The notes under the pieces are model-generated. The model was not told the DNA's origin. It saw nothing but the letters and a program-made list of their open reading frames with translations, and did not search any database. Shown in pieces: positions 59,819-64,000 of a stretch of DNA of 64,000 nt; the stretch's first letter is position 1, and every line of letters begins with the position of its first letter. A program made the position numbers and the translations under genes. Origin of the DNA: Octopus sinensis (taxonomy: Eukaryota); assembly GCF_006345805.1 (NCBI RefSeq), contig NC_043002.1:34844001-34908000 (forward strand), written 5' to 3'.

Positions 59819-61816
59819 AAATCCACCACTCTTTCTCACTTCTGTTCCTCCTCCTTCTCTTGTCATATCTTTCAGTTAATTTGCACACCAATAATATATA
59901 TGTAGCTGTTTCTCATTGATCATCCCACCACCCCATCTGTCACTATCTCCCATCAAAATCTCTCTTCTATCACTTTATTGTTCAGTTCTTTATAAATCAT
60001 CTCAGTCACATCTTGAACAAATGGAGAAAACAGGCAAATGAGGACTCTTTAGCTTTGCAAAAGAGACAACAACTTCTCTTAGCATTGGTGTCACAATAAG
60101 ATGCAACAAGCAATTAATGACTCCGCTGAGTCATTAGTGTCAGGGAGCATTCAGCTGTAGAAACCAGACCAAAAATGGAATGTAGAAGGAAGATAAGTCC
60201 CTATGATGATGAATAGAAGCAATCCTCAGGAATTTACTTCCAGCCATGTTTTTCTTTCATATGTCAACCTACAAAAGATTCACTTCTAATAATAGATTGC
60301 TGTCAGTAGAGAGCAGAGCTGGTCGATAGATTTATCTTGCAGTATTTAGCCAAATTTCTTTTAGAATTCCATCTCAAATCTTTGATTTCAGCTGTGGTTG
60401 ATAAAACAAACATCTATCAAGTACTGCAATCAACTTACAATTCATATTCTGCTTGTAATCTACAATTTCAAGAAATCAATATTCAACCATAGAAGTATTT
60501 CATACTTTGGAAGTTACAGGCTGACACTTTTTATAGAATGCATATCATATGACTCGTGTGATTTTATATAATTCTCCTGTTAGTAATTAACAATAGAAGA
60601 CAATTATAGAATATCCAGTATTACATTATTTGCACAACTAGAGAAAGAACATTTAGAAAAAGTGGCAAAATGTAATAATTTGCCAATAAAAGTGGACATT
60701 GAAATACTGCTGCTGTATTAATTAACAACAAAGATAGAAGAAAAAAAAAAGGCACCATAGTTTATTGTTAGTACATTAGTTTGATCATACAAAGAAGTAA
60801 ACTTTTTTTTATCTGTTAGATCTGTATCATCATTTTAATGTCTACTTTTCCATGCCTGCATAAGTCAGACAGAGTACATTAAGGTAGATTTTCTGTGACC
60901 TGATACCCTTCTTTCACTATCCTCACCTGTTTCCAAGATCATATTTCCCCATAGACAGACATGATTTCACAGAATACTGGAAATGAATGACACTTGCTTG
61001 TATGACAATGACACACATTTACACCAATCATACAATACCAAGACAAAGAGACACAAACATGTGTTGTCATCATCATCATTTAACGTTTATTTTCCATGCT
61101 GGCATGGGTTAGACAGGTTGACAGGAGTTGGTTGGCCAAGCAGAAGATTGAAGCAGGCTTCACTGTCTGTTTTGACAAGGTTTTTATGGCTGGATGCCCT
61201 TCCTAACACCAACCACCTTACAGAGTGGACGGAGTGCTTTTTATGTGTATTTATGTATGTATGTGTACACACATACATATATATATATGATAAGCTTCTT
61301 TCTGTTTTCATCTACTAAATCTACAGACAGGGCTCTGGCTGACATGGAGTTATATTAGAAGACATTTGCTCATGGTACCATGCAGTGGGACGGGTCCCAA
61401 AACTATGTGAGTGGAAAGTAAGCTTCTTAACCACACAGCCATGCCTGTGCCAATTGGTTGTTGTAATTATATTATGATAATGAATTGCAAATATTCTACA
61501 AATCAGAATCTTATTAAGACAGCATGACATCTAAATAATCCCTTAGATTACATTGATTGGTAGAGACCAACTGATCTCTGCATCCAGCCTCACAAGACTC
61601 AGGAATACTAAAGAAGATAATTTAATATCAAGGTTTTTCATAATAGTATCACAAATCCCTACCAGATAAATAACTCAACACTGAACATGACCATTTACAG
61701 AAGCAAAAACAAATTTTTGCAATGGAATAACATAGCTGAAGAATTTCCTACATATACATGCATATACTGGGTTCTTTTAATGTGGCAATGACGTGGATAC
61801 TTTTATGTGACACTAG

Positions 61817-61850
<34 letters not shown>

Positions 61851-61893
61851 TCTGTTGATGCAAACAGGAAAAATAGAACTCAAAGTATGAGTA

Positions 61894-62292
61894 TACTCTT
61901 TACTCTTTTACTTGTTCCAGTCATTTGACTGTGGCCATGCTGGAGCACCGCCTTTAATCGAGCAACTTGACCCCAGAACTTATTCTTTTGTAAGCCCAGT
62001 ACTTATTCTATTGGTCGCTTTTACCAAACCGCTAAGTAACGGGGACATAAACACACCAGCATCGGTTGTCAAGTAATGCTAGGGAGACACACACAAACAC
62101 ACACACGCATATACATATATACGACGGGCTTCTTTCAGTTTCCGCCTACCAAATCCACTCACAAGGCTTTGGTTGGCCCGAGGCTATGGTAGAAGACACT
62201 TGCCTAAGGTGCCACGCAGTGACGCAGTGGGACTGAACCCGGAACCATGTGGTTGGTAAACAAGCTACTTACCACACAGCCACTCCTGCGCC
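61894..62292 (-). mobile_element. tRNA-derived SINE, best-preserved copy
   Basis: Minus strand GGCGCAGGAGTGGCTGTGTGG...CCGGGTTCAGTCCC...CAGCATGGCCACAGTCAAATGACTGGAAC. Confidence 0.92.
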
Positions 62293-62637
62293 TATGTATA
62301 TGTATATTTTTATTAATATTTAGCACCTCAAGTTCCAAGTGTTTCTTGCCTTGGCACTTATCAAACAACACATGAAACTCTTGGACCTTGAATCATTTTG
62401 TTACTTCTGCTAAATATTAATGTGGCTTCCCTTAACTTACAACCATCCACACTTATGACCACAAAAAAATAAAATAAAAAATCAATTTTTGGACATTGGG
62501 GAGCTGTGCATATGATAGCTATGGTAGCATCTGGCAGTGCAAGCCTCTCTTAGACCCAGGCATCCACTGTCTCTCATGCTCAATATCCTGAGATCAGTCT
62601 TCACTACTTCATCTCGCATCTTCCCAGGTATTCCTCT

Positions 62638-62866
62638 TTAACCCTTTGGTGTTTAAGCCAGCTATATCCAGCCCAAATATCCTACATGTTTTACATTCAA
62701 ACTGGCCATATCTAGTCCCTCACACCTAACCTACATTGACATTCTAAGAAAAAATTATCACACCATTGAAACTTCATAGCTGTAAGATAATGTATGATTA
62801 ATTGAAAATAATTTGAGTGAAAAAAGTATTACATTTAACAAATTAATCTGAACACTAAAGGGTTAA
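62638..62866 (-). mobile_element. TTAA MITE nested in the RTE
   Basis: TTAACCCTTT...AAAGGGTTAA. Confidence 0.85.
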
Positions 62867-63574
62867 CAAGTTTCACCCTGATTTAATGATCAGTATTTCT
62901 TTATGCAGCTGTCCTCATCCATACAATCTACAGTCCATATCACCATACTGGCACAGTTTTTGCACATATCTGATGCCTATTAAGTCTAATTTTTTTCTCA
63001 ACACACTTTCACCTTGTCATACATGTACACTGACATTGCATATCCATCAGGGAATGGTAGCACCATTTGTTCTTAGTTTTCACATCCTCTACATTTATAG
63101 TCCACATTTCACAACCATGTAGCATTACTGTTCATACACAAATGTCATACATTTTTCATTGAGAGAGAGAAGCCTTTTGCAACCAACAGAGTGCTCTCTG
63201 AACTTTTACCAGTCAGCTCTTTTTCTAGTAGCTACACCTTCAGAACATCCTCCCCTTCTCTACCACTTATGTTCCTTGGCTTGCACTGGGTATACTATAA
63301 GGAATTTCTGCCTACATCTATTTTACATATCAAATAAGGCCATTTACATGAAGTGATTTAGTGTTATGTCTGTTTTCCTTCTTACTAGAACTTTGAGTTA
63401 TGCTAAGTTAACTTCAAGGCCTTTTGACTCCATTTTGCCTCCACACATTGAATTTTTTTCTAACTGTATTATAGAATCAGCTTAGAACAAGGTCAACAGC
63501 ATAGAGGAATTCCCGAGGGTAATTGGTCATGAACTCTTTTGTAATGGCCTGGAGGACAATGATGAATAGGAAGG

Positions 63575-63792
63575 AAGGCGGTGAGCTGGCAGAAACGTTT
63601 GCATGCCAGGCGAAATGCTTTGTGTTATTTCGTCCGTTGCTGCATTCTGAGTTCAAATTCCACCGAGGTCGACTTTGCCTTTCATCCTTTAGGGGTCGAT
63701 AAATTAAGTACCAGTTGCGCACTGGGGTTGATGTAATCGACTTAATCTGTTTGTCCCCTCTATGTTCAGCCCCTTGTGAGCAATAAAAAAAA
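63575..63792 (+). mobile_element. SINE nested in the RTE with a 17-bp TSD
   Basis: TSD AATGATGAATAGGAAGG at 63558-63574 and 63793-63809. Confidence 0.92.
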
Positions 63793-64000
63793 AATGATGA
63801 ATAGGAAGGGACTGAGAACCAAACCCTAGTGAACTTGTATCAACACACTAAATTCACTGCAAACTCTCACTTTACTGACAGCACTCCTGTACATGGCTAG
63901 AACAACTCTCACCAGTCCTTTAGCTGCCCCTAGCTTTTGCAGTAACCACCAGATCTGGGATCCAGGGACCCTGTTAAAGTCTATACACCAGGTCAATGAA

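Larger units (their letters stand above)
62500..64000 (-). mobile_element. Old RTE LINE RT region interrupted by a MITE and a SINE
   Basis: KLGAAKGLVRVVLAMYRSAVSKVRV, FLFIIVLQAITKEF...FLYAVDLVL (YADD region), MESKGLEVNLA. Confidence 0.8.

Noticed and set aside
60115-60136. Perfect 9-bp hairpin TAATGACTC-CGCT-GAGTCATTA containing an AP-1 site
   Set aside because: A single short palindrome beside a degenerate repeat, with no supporting context.
61894-62292. tRNA-like A/B boxes as tRNA genes
   Set aside because: They are SINE heads: no full cloverleaf or acceptor stem, and they continue into a shared body and tail.

Overview
AT-rich, repeat-dense animal DNA; the repeat families suggest an octopus, which is an inference and the species cannot be fixed. 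Two convergent multi-exon genes were assembled by hand from splice sites and reading-frame phase. (1) Plus strand, 2453-18663: LENG8 (SAC3/GANP/THP3 family), 13 coding exons, 710 aa in the window, N-terminus probably upstream. It has a U12-type (minor spliceosome) intron, and its last intron looks like a regulated splicing unit: a candidate poison exon, three strong 5' splice sites and a distant branch point. (2) Minus strand, 49872-32448: a 13-exon gene of at least 1330 aa with its 5' exon(s) not found. It fuses a Gypsy/Ginger (GIN1-type) integrase missing two of three DDE residues to AT-hook-like motifs, two more copies of the integrase H2C2 zinc-binding module and six C2H2 fingers. This domesticated-integrase/zinc-finger chimera is the most novel-looking item. 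The rest is mobile DNA: Helitrons, a piggyBac deletion derivative and TTAA MITEs, RTE and CR1-like LINE remnants, tRNA-derived SINEs, minisatellites, and a 267-bp inverted repeat overlapping a Penelope-type hammerhead ribozyme motif. No rRNA, true tRNA or CRISPR array was seen.
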